Shown here: positions 15,706 to 25,350 of the stretch, piece by piece | Layout: each line of letters begins with the position of its first letter | Numbering within the stretch: the stretch's first letter is position 1 | NCBI RefSeq assembly: GCF_000757905.1 | Contig: NZ_JRLH01000018.1 | Direction: 5' to 3' (one strand) | Source of the DNA: Candidatus Arsenophonus nilaparvatae str. Hanzhou | GTDB taxonomy: Bacteria > Pseudomonadota > Gammaproteobacteria > Enterobacterales > Enterobacteriaceae | Length of the DNA stretch: 32,000 bases | Position numbers and translations under genes: made by a program | Notes under the pieces: generated by a model | Database searches by the model: none | Seen by the model: the letters and a program-made list of their open reading frames with translations, nothing else | Told to the model about the DNA's origin: nothing

Positions 15706-15927
15706 ATGTTATTGTCCGATCATGAGTTATTTTCTCACCTAAAACGTTTTCATCCACGCTTCCAATCACTATTTGAAAAACACCACCAACTGGATAAACA
15801 GATCACTGAATTAGAAGGCCCAAATGGCGCAGGCTATAATGATAACGTCATCAAATTAAAAAAAGAAAAGCTTCATATAAAAGATGAAATGCAGCGTATT
15901 ATTCACCAACAAATTAGGCTTAAATAA
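15706..15927 (+). CDS. DUF465/YdcH-family small protein
   Basis: 73 aa from ATG 15706 (RBS GGAGG). HPRFQSLFEKHHQLDKQITELE...VIKLKKEKLHIKDEM is typical of YdcH-like proteins. Confidence 0.65.
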   Translation: MLLSDHELFSHLKRFHPRFQSLFEKHHQLDKQITELEGPNGAGYNDNVIKLKKEKLHIKDEMQRIIHQQIRLK

Positions 15928-15934
15928 CGCCACC

Positions 15935-15957
15935 TCGCCTGCTGCAATAGCAGGCGA
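15935..15957. terminator. Hairpin between convergent genes (9-bp stem TCGCCTGCT/AGCAGGCGA)
   Basis: Read directly. It lies between the stop codons at 15927 (+) and 15985 (-). Confidence 0.6.
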
Positions 15958-15984
15958 ATTAACTCTAACGAAATAGTTTAGCTG

Positions 15985-16548
15985 TCAATTAGTGCTATTT
16001 TTTAACCACTGCTGCTGATTGAGCCGATAAAGAATATGTTCCTGTAAGGGATGAGCCGATGGTAACGCCGGATGTAAAAAATTATGCGCATCTTTTTCCA
16101 TGGTTAATTTTTTCATCAAATTTTCAGAGGGACGATTAATTTTAGCGGTAAAAGAGACAATTTCCGGCATTTCTTGCTGCAAAAAAGCAAAATCTAATAC
16201 GCTACGAGCAGCTTCATAAGCCAATCCTTGCCGCCAAAATGGCTTAGCTAATCGCCAGCCAATTTCAGTACAAGGCATAAAAGGTAGATCATATGCGGGA
16301 ATATTGAGTCCGACAAATCCAATAAATTGCTTCTGTGCACGCAACTCTACCGCCCACAATCCCCAACCTTGCTGTTGGATAAATTTCTGTCTAATACTTT
16401 CAATGAAAGTATCACTTTGTTTTTTTGAAAGTAAGTGTGGGAAATAACGCATAACATCAGGATCACTATTAAGACGATAAAAAGGAAGCCGATCAGCTTC
16501 TCGCCATTCCCTTAAAATTAAACGAGGAGTCTTTAGGATAATAACCAT
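15985..16548 (-). CDS. GNAT family N-acetyltransferase (RimJ/RimL-like)
   Basis: 187 aa. It has the N-terminal TPRLILREW..D...F..L..DP.VMRYF pattern and a GNAT core (WRLAKPFWRQGLAYEAARSVLDFAF). Confidence 0.8.
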   Translation of the reverse strand: MVIILKTPRLILREWREADRLPFYRLNSDPDVMRYFPHLLSKKQSDTFIESIRQKFIQQQGWGLWAVELRAQKQFIGFVGLNIPAYDLPFMPCTEIGWRLAKPFWRQGLAYEAARSVLDFAFLQQEMPEIVSFTAKINRPSENLMKKLTMEKDAHNFLHPALPSAHPLQEHILYRLNQQQWLKNSTN

Positions 16549-16615
16549 GCATTACCAATTGAAAAAGATTTCACTATCAATATAACACCGCATTCTATCA
16601 CGTTAGCAAAAATGC

Positions 16616-16810
16616 TCATTTACTTTTGGGTATCTCTTCAATAGCTTCTAATTTTATTACTTTTTCCGATTGATGCTCAATTTTCTCAGATTGGCCTATG
16701 AATATACCACCACGCTTAATTGACATATGGCTGACTCGACTGATCCCTCGCAATTCACCATGTTCCAGGATATCCAGGTTATTTCCCAAGCATGCTCCAT
16801 CAACCAAACC
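16616..16810 (-). pseudogene. 5'-truncated gene remnant abutting the IS, possibly the antitoxin of the disrupted TA module
   Basis: The reading frame is open right up to the IS end. The first 5 codons of the track ORF (MLTIT) are IS inverted-repeat sequence. GISRVSHMSIKRGG...SEKVIKLEAI loosely resembles the HTH part of addiction-module antidote proteins. Confidence 0.3.
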
Positions 16811-16839
16811 TGTAATGGTCAACAAATTCTGTAGAAGAT

Positions 16840-17688
16840 CTAAGCGGCATTCTTTAGTTCATGATATTTTTGATGTGGCGTTAAATAACCAATCGTTGAA
16901 TGGCGTCGATAATAATTATAAAACTGAATGTAATTTTCAACTTCATAGACAACAGATTGATGATTCATAAACGATAAATGGTTAAGCTTTTCTGTCTTTA
17001 AACTCCTAAAAAATCTTTCCATCACGGCATTATCGAGGCAATTACCTCGCCGACTCATGCTTTGAGTTATTTTCCGTTCAAAGAGGTGCGCCCTAAACTC
17101 CTCCGATGAATATTGGCAACCTTGATCTGAATGGAACATCAAACTTGTCGTATCCGGTAATTGCCGTTCAATGGCGTTATCTAAGGCTTCTTTCACTAAT
17201 TTCGTATCCGGTTTTGTTGATAAGGCATAACCAATAACTTCTTTGGTGGCTAAATCTAACACGCAAGCTAAATAGCTCCACCCATAGTGATATCTAATAT
17301 ACGTGATATCACCGACATAATAGTGATTATGCTGTTGAGGGGAAAATTGTCGTTTAAGCAAATTAGGGGCATATCGATGTTCGTTACCCGATGAGGGATA
17401 GTAATGCTTTTTCGTTGGTCTAATTGCAACTAATTGATTTAATTTCATGATGTTTGATATTTTATAAGTGCCAATCTGGCACCCTAAACCCTTTAACTCA
17501 GCTTGGATACGTCTTTTGCCATAAGTTTGGCCCGATGTATAAAAAATACGTTTGATTTCGCCACACAGCCTTTCATTTTCAACTGTCGGTATTTTCGTTT
17601 CATAATAAAAACTACTACTGCTTACTTCAAAAAGATGGCATAACTCAGTGACCGTAAAATTGGGGTACATAATTTTCATTTGCTTCAC
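16840..17688 (-). CDS. IS3-family transposase OrfB (DDE/integrase core), expressed as an OrfAB fusion by -1 frameshift
   Basis: Motifs HSDQGCQYSS and GNCLDNAVMERFFRSLKTE are present. The -1 frame is open from the slippery site (17736) through this ORF; hand translation gives KKSRGLLHPRQSKLKIVKQMKIMYP. Confidence 0.85.
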   Translation of the reverse strand: MKQMKIMYPNFTVTELCHLFEVSSSSFYYETKIPTVENERLCGEIKRIFYTSGQTYGKRRIQAELKGLGCQIGTYKISNIMKLNQLVAIRPTKKHYYPSSGNEHRYAPNLLKRQFSPQQHNHYYVGDITYIRYHYGWSYLACVLDLATKEVIGYALSTKPDTKLVKEALDNAIERQLPDTTSLMFHSDQGCQYSSEEFRAHLFERKITQSMSRRGNCLDNAVMERFFRSLKTEKLNHLSFMNHQSVVYEVENYIQFYNYYRRHSTIGYLTPHQKYHELKNAA

Positions 17689-17999
17689 GATTTTGAGTTT
17701 TGATTGTCGAGGATGAAGTAAGCCGCGGCTTTTTTTAATATGTCATTATCCCTCTGAGCACGCTTAAGTTTTGCTTCTAATTCTTGTATGCGCTGTTGCT
17801 CGGGCGTTAACGCTTTTGATTTTACAGGCGTATTCCCATTCAACTCGGCAAGATATTGTTGCTTCCAGCGCGATACGGCAGATTTACCCGCACCGGATAT
17901 TTTTTCAACTTGGATATTGCTATATCCACCTTCAACCATGAGTTTTGCATATTCCAGTTTTTGCTTTGCGCTAAAGGTCACTTTTACTTTTCGTGGCAT
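17685..17999 (-). CDS. IS3-family transposase OrfA (HTH)
   Basis: 104 aa. It has an HTH plus a leucine-zipper-like segment (QRIQELEAKLKRAQRDNDILKKAAAYF), typical of IS3/IS911-type OrfA. Confidence 0.85.
   Translation of the reverse strand: MPRKVKVTFSAKQKLEYAKLMVEGGYSNIQVEKISGAGKSAVSRWKQQYLAELNGNTPVKSKALTPEQQRIQELEAKLKRAQRDNDILKKAAAYFILDNQNSKS
17729..17736 (-). other. Programmed -1 ribosomal frameshift motif A AAA AAA G
   Basis: The minus strand reads TTAAAAAAAGCC within the OrfA codons L-K-K-A. This is the same class of heptamer as IS911/IS150. Confidence 0.7.
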
Positions 18000-18066
18000 G
18001 TTTATACCTATAAGATTTTGCTTAATTATAAGCTATAAATCTCTACAGTTTTATTAGACCACTACA

Positions 18067-18254
18067 AAATACACCCTGTAACCTTTGCCTTGATGGATTT
18101 TTAATTCTGAATATCCATCACCTATCGGTTCAACATCCCCATAGTTACCTTCTTTCATCCGTTCAATCCGTGTTAAAATTTTTGCTTTGGCTATTTTATC
18201 TTTTAATCCTTTTAGCCATCTTTTAACTTCTTCGGTTTGCCTGATTTCAATCAT
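18067..18254 (-). pseudogene. RelE/ParE-superfamily (HigB-like addiction module killer) toxin, 3'-truncated by the IS
   Basis: MIEIRQTEEVKRWLKGLKDKIAKAKILTRIERMKEGNYGDVEPIGDGYSELKIHQGKGYRVYF matches the N-terminal two thirds of this toxin family. The IS end begins directly after ...GYRVYF, and the VVV-stop tail is IS-encoded. Confidence 0.7.
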
Positions 18255-18275
18255 TGCACTATCTCCCTTAGATGC

Positions 18276-18293
18276 TGTTAACTATAGTTAACA
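18276..18293. promoter_or_regulatory. Perfect 18-bp palindrome TGTTAACTATAGTTAACA upstream of the toxin gene (likely TA autoregulatory operator)
   Basis: Read directly. It lies 22 bp upstream of the toxin start codon. Confidence 0.5.
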
Positions 18294-18392
18294 ACACTTA
18301 GTTTGTCAACTTTGGTTATCATATTATTGATAATAAAAAGGGGCGGTATTTTGCCACTTTGAGGGATCTAAAGCTCAACTGTAGGAAACCGT

Positions 18393-18623
18393 ATGCAAAT
18401 TATAATTTTTGAACAGAAGGATATCTTCTATAGCCAAGATGGAATAACTAGAAATAGCTACAATGAAAGTTTTACCGTTACTGATAATGGCCAAATTCTT
18501 GGTTTCCAGGCGTCAATGTCTGGATTTAGTGACATTCGAAGAGAATCTTTACTCACGAACCAGGGAATGGCTGACTATCTATGGGATATGTTTTTTACCC
18601 CGATTAAACAGCGTGCTAGGTAA
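18393..18623 (+). CDS. Hypothetical protein (76 aa)
   Basis: ORF with a weak RBS (AGGAAA), followed by a hairpin at 18666-18688. No family was recognised, and it could be a gene fragment. Confidence 0.3.
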   Translation: MQIIIFEQKDIFYSQDGITRNSYNESFTVTDNGQILGFQASMSGFSDIRRESLLTNQGMADYLWDMFFTPIKQRAR

Positions 18624-18665
18624 ATACTATTCGAATAGTGAAATTTAATTTTCAGATGTCGATTT

Positions 18666-18688
18666 GAGTAGCCACCAAGTGGCTACTC
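18666..18688. terminator. Hairpin (10-bp stem GAGTAGCCAC/GTGGCTACTC, loop CAA)
   Basis: Read directly. A T-rich stretch follows a few nt downstream. Confidence 0.45.
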
Positions 18689-19397
18689 TAACACCTATTT
18701 TTCAGTCACGTCCATTTCAACTATTCTATATTATTTTTTTAAATTATTTTTATCTGTCTAAAAATTTATAGTTTAGAACACCTTTTGGCCAAAAAAATCA
18801 CTTTAGATATTATAAAATTATTAGTGTGGCTAATTTTCAATATACTAAAAACAACCTTGCTTGTAAAAAAACAAGGTTTACTTTTGCTTATAAATAGATA
18901 TAAAAGCACCACTTGGGTGCTTTAACCCATAATGCAGTTTTTGTTTAGTTCTTTAACGATATATCTAAAATATTCCTTGATTTTGGCAATACTTTTTAGT
19001 TTCTGACGGATAGTATTTTTTCATTGTGCTAAGTCCAATCAAAGTAGCGCTGACATAATGGTTACTGTCTAGTGTTCACTATAGTCTTTTATTTCGCATA
19101 TTTATTTAAACGCGACAGTCAATACTGATTATATCTGCAAATTAGCATAAACATTCGGCTGAATTCCTTATCTCAACCAGAGCAGTACTATGTAATTGGT
19201 TGTTTTTTATCATTTAAAATAAAATTATTTATTATTCACTTTTGGATTACTACATATTACATTTTGATTAACATCAAAGTAATTAATGAAATGGTCATTA
19301 TTTAAACATTAAAGCTTATATTCATTATTTTTAATAATTTTGTGTTGTATTATAATTACATAAATTATTGTCGAATTTGTTGTTTTCCCTGGTGTTG

Positions 19398-19422
19398 GCC
19401 AGCTTAAATGCTGGCTTTTTTT
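19398..19422 (+). terminator. Orphan rho-independent terminator (GCCAGC-TTAAAT-GCTGGC followed by T7)
   Basis: Read directly. There is no annotated ORF upstream on the + strand within ~700 bp. Confidence 0.5.
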
Positions 19423-19810
19423 AGTTTTAAGAAAAAGTGATGTCTAAATTAATTGCAGTATTGTCATCGGGTTATGGGCATAATATTTCAGTGCTAAGGT
19501 GAAAGAATAATTAGCTTATAGATTTATATCGAGTGAACTGTGTCAACGGATTTAGTTAATTAATAAAAGAAATAGACAATCAAATAGCATTAATCTATTG
19601 ATAAATATTATCAATAATAGCTTCAAGGCAAGAGTGGTAGTATTTAAACGATATTAATAAGATGGATGTTGTTGACACTTAGTTGCTAAATAAATTTTTC
19701 ACTATCGGTCATTTTTTTGACAAAACATTAATTTGATAGAGCTAAATACCACCTTAAAGGTGGCAATAAGAACAAACCATATGCTTAATCATATTTTCGC
19801 TGTTTGTTTT

Positions 19811-20506
19811 TTAATCTATTTGTTTTATTTTACTGAGACTTTCGGCTAGCATGCCGGGATCAGCAATCTTTGAGATTAGCGCAAGATAATCAATCCCCCA
19901 TTTTTCAGCATATACTGCACCATTAAAATCTTGTTCATAGATTAGTTGTTCGTTAGTAATACTATTCCATAAATATCCGGCAAACCAGGTACAGTTGTTA
20001 ATTGGGGTATAGACGCCATTAGCAGGATTTTTTACCGCCATCCTCATTAATTTGGCCATTAGATAACTTTTTCTATTTAAACTGGCAATAATAGTTTACT
20101 CTAATTTATCAGGACAATGGTCTGGATTTGTTAAGCGTATGCAACGCTGAATATAAAATTTACGTTCAGGGCTATCATTAATATCTTCTGAGTCTGCGTT
20201 CTTAACAAATCCAAGATCTCCATGATACGCGTAGCTGGTATAATCTCCTTTTTTATCACTATTAAAAAATAATTATCCATGCGTGGCCTAAATCTCCACT
20301 ACTAAAAATTGTCACTAATGCTTCTATGACCACTTTGGCGCGTTTTTCTTTTTCATCAATAGGGTATTGTTTGCCGCTGCGTCTAATATTTTTATGACTT
20401 CATCTAAATTTGTTCGTTCTGCTGTGCGATTTGTGCGTATGCATAATTGCGGGTAGCCAATGGTCGGATCGCCAATTGGTGCATATTTGTCTGGTGTTAA
20501 ATTCAT
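19811..20506 (-). pseudogene. Decayed gene (~230 codons) with 2 frameshifts and 1 nonsense codon; possible permuted papain-like (LRAT/NlpC-P60-type) enzyme
   Basis: Hand translation of the minus strand gives four segments:
1. ORF 20506-20324.
2. After a frameshift in an A-run: KVVIEALVTIFSSGDLGHAWIIIF.
3. After a frameshift in a T6 run: NSDKKGDYTSYAYHGDLGFVKNADSEDINDSPERKFYIQRCIRLTNPDHCPDKLE.
4. After an in-frame TAA (~20096-20098): ORF 20059-19811, containing NNCTWFAGYLW.
The His...His...Cys order recalls the LRAT-like HWAIY / NCEHF motifs. Confidence 0.4.
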
Positions 20507-21139
20507 AATAGAAATAACTAAAAAGGATTTATTTAATAAATCCTCTTATTAAGATAAATATATCTATTGCTGTTTAATTTTTTATATATGCAAATATTTA
20601 ATATAAATAATGATGTGAAATCTATTTGCTAGATATATTTAACAGAGAGAATGATACATGTATAATAAAAATAATTTAAAAACTTATATTCTATTTTTTA
20701 TTTACTGGTTTACTAAATTAAATTTATCAGGTTTTTTGCATAAGTTCATCAATTGTAACTAATAGAGAACAACATAATTTTTTCTTTCAATATATATTGT
20801 TTCAAGGTTAAATAATTAAATTTATTGTTACTTAGGTTATTTTAACTATAGATTTTGATGAAACAAAACTTTTCATTCAATTTTGTTTGCTGTTTTTATT
20901 AACATGATTATGATAAATCTAAATTTTATAATTATGATACAAATTGTAATTAATGAAAATATTAAAAATAACTACGTGTTTTGTAACTATTTTTTAGCTA
21001 GCTAAATTGTAAATCAGAAAGATTTTAATCAGTCTATTAATTAAAAAATATTTGCCGGCCTCTGAGTGATTGGATTTTTGCAACATATTGATTAGAAAGT
21101 TAAAATTTTAATCTGGTTGCTTATTATAGTGTTAATAAA

Positions 21140-21823
21140 TTATTCTAAATCTTTTTTAAGCAAGTCAGCAGGTAGTTTTTTAATATCACCATTTTTTAAT
21201 ATAAAGAGTAAATTACCTTGCCAAAATTCAGCAATAAATACATTTTTTTCTTGGATTTTTATTTTTTTCATTTTTTTTAATAACCAATCTTTATCTTTTT
21301 CAATTTCAATAAGGCCCGCTTTTCTTATTTCACCATCTTTCATTAAGATCACTGATGGCATTTTTGCTCCCTCGCAAACAGCGGTCATCTGTCCATCTGG
21401 TTCAATTTGCGCATAAACAACTTCTTGAAAAGAATGTATTCCTTTTGATCTCAGCTGTGAGGAGATTTTTAAAATATCTATTTTATTTTTGTTTTGCAGA
21501 ATATTTTCCATTAAAAATTTGCCGTGTTTAATAATTGGAATTGGGTCACCAATGGTGACAGAACGAATACAGTGGATATGCTTGCTAATAAAATTCAATA
21601 AGGAAACCAATGAAACACCGATAAGTAAAACAATAATATATTGATATAGTGGAATAGAATCTGTGTAAATGACCCCACCAATTATGCCTCCTAGAACAAA
21701 ATTGCCTATAAAATCAATCGGCGTCATTTGCGATAGTTGTGTTTTTCCTGAAAGGTTTAAATGGGTAATAACAATGACAAATCCAATGATAAATTTGATA
21801 AGAACCCATCCATAATAAGCCAT
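21140..21823 (-). CDS. DUF421 (YetF/YcaP-like) membrane protein
   Basis: 227 aa. The N-terminal TM helices carry the LSQMTPIDFIGNFVLGGIIGG motif typical of DUF421, and the C-terminus is soluble. Confidence 0.7.
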   Translation of the reverse strand: MAYYGWVLIKFIIGFVIVITHLNLSGKTQLSQMTPIDFIGNFVLGGIIGGVIYTDSIPLYQYIIVLLIGVSLVSLLNFISKHIHCIRSVTIGDPIPIIKHGKFLMENILQNKNKIDILKISSQLRSKGIHSFQEVVYAQIEPDGQMTAVCEGAKMPSVILMKDGEIRKAGLIEIEKDKDWLLKKMKKIKIQEKNVFIAEFWQGNLLFILKNGDIKKLPADLLKKDLE

Positions 21824-22023
21824 CTTCCCCCCTTAAAGGTTAACTGAATGTAAAATATTATTATTTAAAAATATGCTAATTTTTGTCAAAGTCTATTATT
21901 AAATAAATTAGCTTGTTGTTTATCAGTAAGGGGAATAAATAATAAAAGTTGGCAAATAAAAAAATGTTCTTCAACAAATCATCGCTGATTTGCCAAACTT
22001 TATCTGGACAGGATGTGATTAAA

Positions 22024-22815
22024 TTAGAAAAATAGTTCTGCGCTGCAATTGTCATTACGTACAGGAAATGCTGGCAAAACAGTATTCTGTAGTGCCTGAC
22101 CGGTCTTAGAATGTAAGAACAATGGTGATTTTACTAACGAAGTTTCAACAATTTGACCATTTTCCATTATCATAATCTGTTGACAGAGACGTTCAACTAA
22201 CCGTAAGTCATGTGTAATGAATAAACAGGCAGTGTGAAATTGTTGTTGAAGGTTTTTAAGTAATTGGATGATTTCAGCTTGGAGTATCAGATCGAGATTA
22301 GAAACTGCCTCATCAAGGATCAGCAATTTAGGCTCCACAACCATAGCGCGTGCCAGGCATACACGTTGTAACTGACCACCGCTTAGTTGAGGTGGACGTT
22401 GATTGAGTAGAAAACTATCCAATTCAACAGCATTTAGCATTTTAGTTATGCGTGCATGCTGTTCCTTTTTAGTTAGCGATAAAAGGTGACGAATGGGTTC
22501 ACGAATAATTTCGTCTATGGTTTTACGTGGGTTAACGGCAGTTATCGGATCTTGAAATACGATCTGAACATCTTTACGAAATTGGCTAATTGCTTTTCCT
22601 TTCAGCTTGGTTAGAGAAGTTCCGCACCAGCGGATCTCGCCACAACTAGGTGAGATAAGACCCACCAATAAACGTGCGAGCGTACTTTTTCCACAACCAC
22701 TGCGACCCAATAAAGCAACGGTTTCTCCAGCCTTTAGTGTTAGCGTTATTTGGTTTAAAAGCAGGGGTAGATCGGGATAGCCAAAAGTGACTCTATCAAT
22801 ATCAAGCAATGTCAT
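22024..22815 (-). CDS. nikE: Nickel ABC transporter ATP-binding protein NikE
   Basis: Walker [10 protein letters not shown], signature LSGGQLQRV, Walker B LLILDE. It is the last gene of a five-gene operon colinear with E. coli nikABCDE. Confidence 0.85.
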   Translation of the reverse strand: MTLLDIDRVTFGYPDLPLLLNQITLTLKAGETVALLGRSGCGKSTLARLLVGLISPSCGEIRWCGTSLTKLKGKAISQFRKDVQIVFQDPITAVNPRKTIDEIIREPIRHLLSLTKKEQHARITKMLNAVELDSFLLNQRPPQLSGGQLQRVCLARAMVVEPKLLILDEAVSNLDLILQAEIIQLLKNLQQQFHTACLFITHDLRLVERLCQQIMIMENGQIVETSLVKSPLFLHSKTGQALQNTVLPAFPVRNDNCSAELFF

Positions 22816-23576
22816 ACAGAGAACCTCAGATCATATAATGCCAGATGCGCGGCTACTAAATTATGCGTAATTTGGTGTTTAGGTGTGTTAAAGATGGTGT
22901 TAACGTTGCTATATTCGACAATTTTACCATCGTGCATGACAGCGACGTCATCAGCCAAACGCGCTACTACTCCCATATCATGGGTGACTAATAACATACC
23001 AACCGCTCGAGTTTGGATAGTGTTTTCTAGTAGATCAAGAATATGTGTTTGGGCAACCGTATCAAGATCAGTCGTTGGTTCATCAGCAATGATAAATGGT
23101 GCATCACTGAGTATCGCTATTGCTATCATCAGGCGCTGTAACATCCCTCCACTCATTTCAAAAGGATAAAGTGAAAGTATATGGCTAGCATTTTCTAATC
23201 CAACTGACTGTAATGTTATGTTAATCCTGTCGATATCGACAGGTTTGCCAAGTGCCCGGCAGGTTTCTTGAATATGGCTAGCCATTGTATTAAGCGGATT
23301 AAAAGCACTGCGTGGATTTTGCATGATGGTTGCGATGTGGTTACCACGTAATTGTTGAGCGGAGGTAATATCTCCATCTAGTAGTAAGCTTCCGGCGGTC
23401 TGATTTACGCCCGCAGGTAATATTCCGAGCATGGCGGCGCATGTTAATGACTTGCCACAACCGCTGCTACCGACTAATGCTAACACTTTGCCTTTATTAA
23501 TGGTGAGTGATACATCTTGAACCAGCAGTCGTTGTGCTTTTAGTGTTATATTTTGTAGCTCAATTTTCTGTGACAT
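22812..23576 (-). CDS. nikD: Nickel ABC transporter ATP-binding protein NikD
   Basis: 254 aa (the same length as E. coli NikD as recalled). Walker A GSSGCGKS, signature MSGGMLQR, Walker B IIADEPT. A 4-nt overlap with nikE. Confidence 0.85.
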   Translation of the reverse strand: MSQKIELQNITLKAQRLLVQDVSLTINKGKVLALVGSSGCGKSLTCAAMLGILPAGVNQTAGSLLLDGDITSAQQLRGNHIATIMQNPRSAFNPLNTMASHIQETCRALGKPVDIDRINITLQSVGLENASHILSLYPFEMSGGMLQRLMIAIAILSDAPFIIADEPTTDLDTVAQTHILDLLENTIQTRAVGMLLVTHDMGVVARLADDVAVMHDGKIVEYSNVNTIFNTPKHQITHNLVAAHLALYDLRFSV

Positions 23577-24409
23577 TAGCCGTTACGCTCCGCTAGCAGA
23601 TAAGGATCGAGGTGATCGCGTAGGGCATCGCCAAGTAGATTAAAAGCCATCACCGTTAGAAATAGGGTTAAACCCGGCCACAACATTTGTAGAGGTTGAG
23701 TCCAGATATATTGGCGAGCATCATTGATCATAACTCCCCATTCAGCCGTTGGCGCACTAACACCCAGTCCAAGAAAAGACATGCCTGCCACATGTAACAT
23801 CATATGACCAAGATCTAAGCTTGCCAAAACCAATAACGATGGAATAATTGCACCGGCTAGGTGATCAATGAATAAACGGCTGTTGCTGGAGCCATACATC
23901 TTTGCTATTAGAATAAATTCACGTTGACGCAGAGAAATAACAATGTTTCGCACCATACGTGCATACCAAGCCCAATGTGATAAAGCGATAGCAATGATTA
24001 CGTTTGTTAGCCCTGTTCCTAAAACGCCGACCATAAAAAATGATAAAATTGAAGTAGGGAACGTCATAAAAAGCTCAGTGGTACGCATCAGGATTTGATC
24101 TATTTTGCCACCCAATAACCCAGCGCTGCCACCAATGATTAATCCTAATGACAGTATCAAAATAAGACAGAGTATGACGGAGCCTAGTGAAACACGCGTA
24201 GCTGCTAATAAACGAGAGAAAATATCGCGGCCTAAATGGTCGGTGCCAAGCCAATGTTGCTGATTTGGTGGTAGTAGTCGCTGTGTTAACTCGATCGCTT
24301 GTGGATCGTAAGGTAGCCACCAGTGGCTGGTAAGGGCTGTTATAACCAGTAGTACAATAATGATGATCGCTAAGCGGACAGACCAACGAGTTGAAAGATA
24401 AAAATTCAT
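23576..24409 (-). CDS. nikC: Nickel ABC transporter permease NikC
   Basis: 277 aa, Opp/Dpp-type permease fold with an N-terminal [15 protein letters not shown] motif. Operon context supports the call. Confidence 0.85.
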   Translation of the reverse strand: MNFYLSTRWSVRLAIIIIVLLVITALTSHWWLPYDPQAIELTQRLLPPNQQHWLGTDHLGRDIFSRLLAATRVSLGSVILCLILILSLGLIIGGSAGLLGGKIDQILMRTTELFMTFPTSILSFFMVGVLGTGLTNVIIAIALSHWAWYARMVRNIVISLRQREFILIAKMYGSSNSRLFIDHLAGAIIPSLLVLASLDLGHMMLHVAGMSFLGLGVSAPTAEWGVMINDARQYIWTQPLQMLWPGLTLFLTVMAFNLLGDALRDHLDPYLLAERNG

Positions 24410-25350
24410 GCATTTCCTCTTTCATGACGTTGGATCCTTGGGTCAAGAATGGCGTTAAGGAGATCAACCAGCAGATTGCATAACACATAAACTACAACCA
24501 TCATTAAGGTGAAACATTGGATCACCGGATAATCTCGATTAAAAATTGCCGATACGGCATAGCGACCTATACCGGGCCAGGCAAATATGCTTTCAATAAT
24601 CAGGGTACCACCGATGAGCTCACCAATGTGCATTCCAAGTGCGGTTACTATCGGCAATGATGCATTACGTAAAATATGTCGTCTTTCAGTTTGTTGCTTG
24701 TTTAGTCCCCGTAACCTTGCCCAGCTAACATGTCGTTGTCCTGCAACTTCTAACATACTGGCACGTAGCAATCTGGCGTTAATGGCTAGTGACATAAAAG
24801 CAATAGAAAATGCCGGCAAGATAATATGTTGCCATCTACCATAACCAAAAGCAGGTAGCCATTTTAGCCATACTGAAAATAACATGATTAATAGAAAGGC
24901 TAGCCAGAAATTTGGCATTGAAACGCCTAAAAATGCGATAATACGTACGACAAAATCGGGTAAACGATTACGATGACGGGCCGCCCATATCCCCAAGGGT
25001 ATCGAGGTAAATAAAATAATCAGTAATGCTGATCCAGCGAGTTGCAGTGTTGCTGGCATAAATTGTAAAAGATCATTTAGTACAGGACGTTGCGTTGCAT
25101 ATGAAGTGCCAAAGTCTAGATGCAGAGCTTGCCATAACCATGTTCCATACTGCACAGTGAGCGGTTGATCAAGACCAAGCATTATTCGTGTTGATGCCAA
25201 CATTTCTGGCGTAGGCGGCAGATTTGACAGCCGCAAATAGTCCATGGCTGGGTCACCGGTGCCATAACGCAGTAGGACAAAAACAATAACTGAAGCAGCT
25301 AATAGCAACGGTATTAGTAGTAAAATACGCCGTAAAATATAACGTAACAT
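24406..25350 (-). CDS. nikB: Nickel ABC transporter permease NikB
   Basis: 314 aa. [16 protein letters not shown] start typical of DppB/NikB-type permeases. Operon context supports the call. Confidence 0.85.
   Translation of the reverse strand: MLRYILRRILLLIPLLLAASVIVFVLLRYGTGDPAMDYLRLSNLPPTPEMLASTRIMLGLDQPLTVQYGTWLWQALHLDFGTSYATQRPVLNDLLQFMPATLQLAGSALLIILFTSIPLGIWAARHRNRLPDFVVRIIAFLGVSMPNFWLAFLLIMLFSVWLKWLPAFGYGRWQHIILPAFSIAFMSLAINARLLRASMLEVAGQRHVSWARLRGLNKQQTERRHILRNASLPIVTALGMHIGELIGGTLIIESIFAWPGIGRYAVSAIFNRDYPVIQCFTLMMVVVYVLCNLLVDLLNAILDPRIQRHERGNA

Larger units (their letters stand above)
16811..18066 (-). mobile_element. IS3-family insertion sequence, 1256 bp
   Basis: The ends are imperfect inverted repeats: TGTAATGGTCAACAAATTCTGTAGAAGAT (16811 onward, + strand) and TGTAGTGGTCTAATAAAACTGTAGAGAT (18066 downward, - strand). 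It has an orfA/orfB organisation with an A7G slippery site. The flanking triplets differ (ACC vs AAA), so there is no target-site duplication. Confidence 0.85.

Noticed and set aside
16811-16825. The ATG start of ORF 16616-16825 as the start of a genuine 69-aa gene.
   Set aside because: The first five codons lie inside the IS terminal inverted repeat. The ORF is a truncated remnant fused to the IS end.
16698-18057. ORFs 16698-16970 (+), 17788-18057 (+) and 17856-18038 (+).
   Set aside because: They are antisense to the IS3 transposase genes, which is the typical shadow-ORF pattern.
18316-18333. TTATCATATTATTGATAA palindrome as a possible Fur box.
   Set aside because: Only the outer hexamers are symmetric, and the sequence sits in extremely AT-rich DNA where such matches arise by chance. 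There is no iron-related gene adjacent.
21117-21416. The + strand ORF 21117-21416.
   Set aside because: It is antisense to the DUF421 gene, and its translation is low-complexity and Phe/Ile/Ser-rich.
22885-24844. ORFs 22885-23169 (+), 24075-24488 (-) and 24587-24844 (+) inside the nik operon.
   Set aside because: They are embedded in, or antisense to, well-supported nikB/C/D coding frames. They have no RBS or recognisable motifs.
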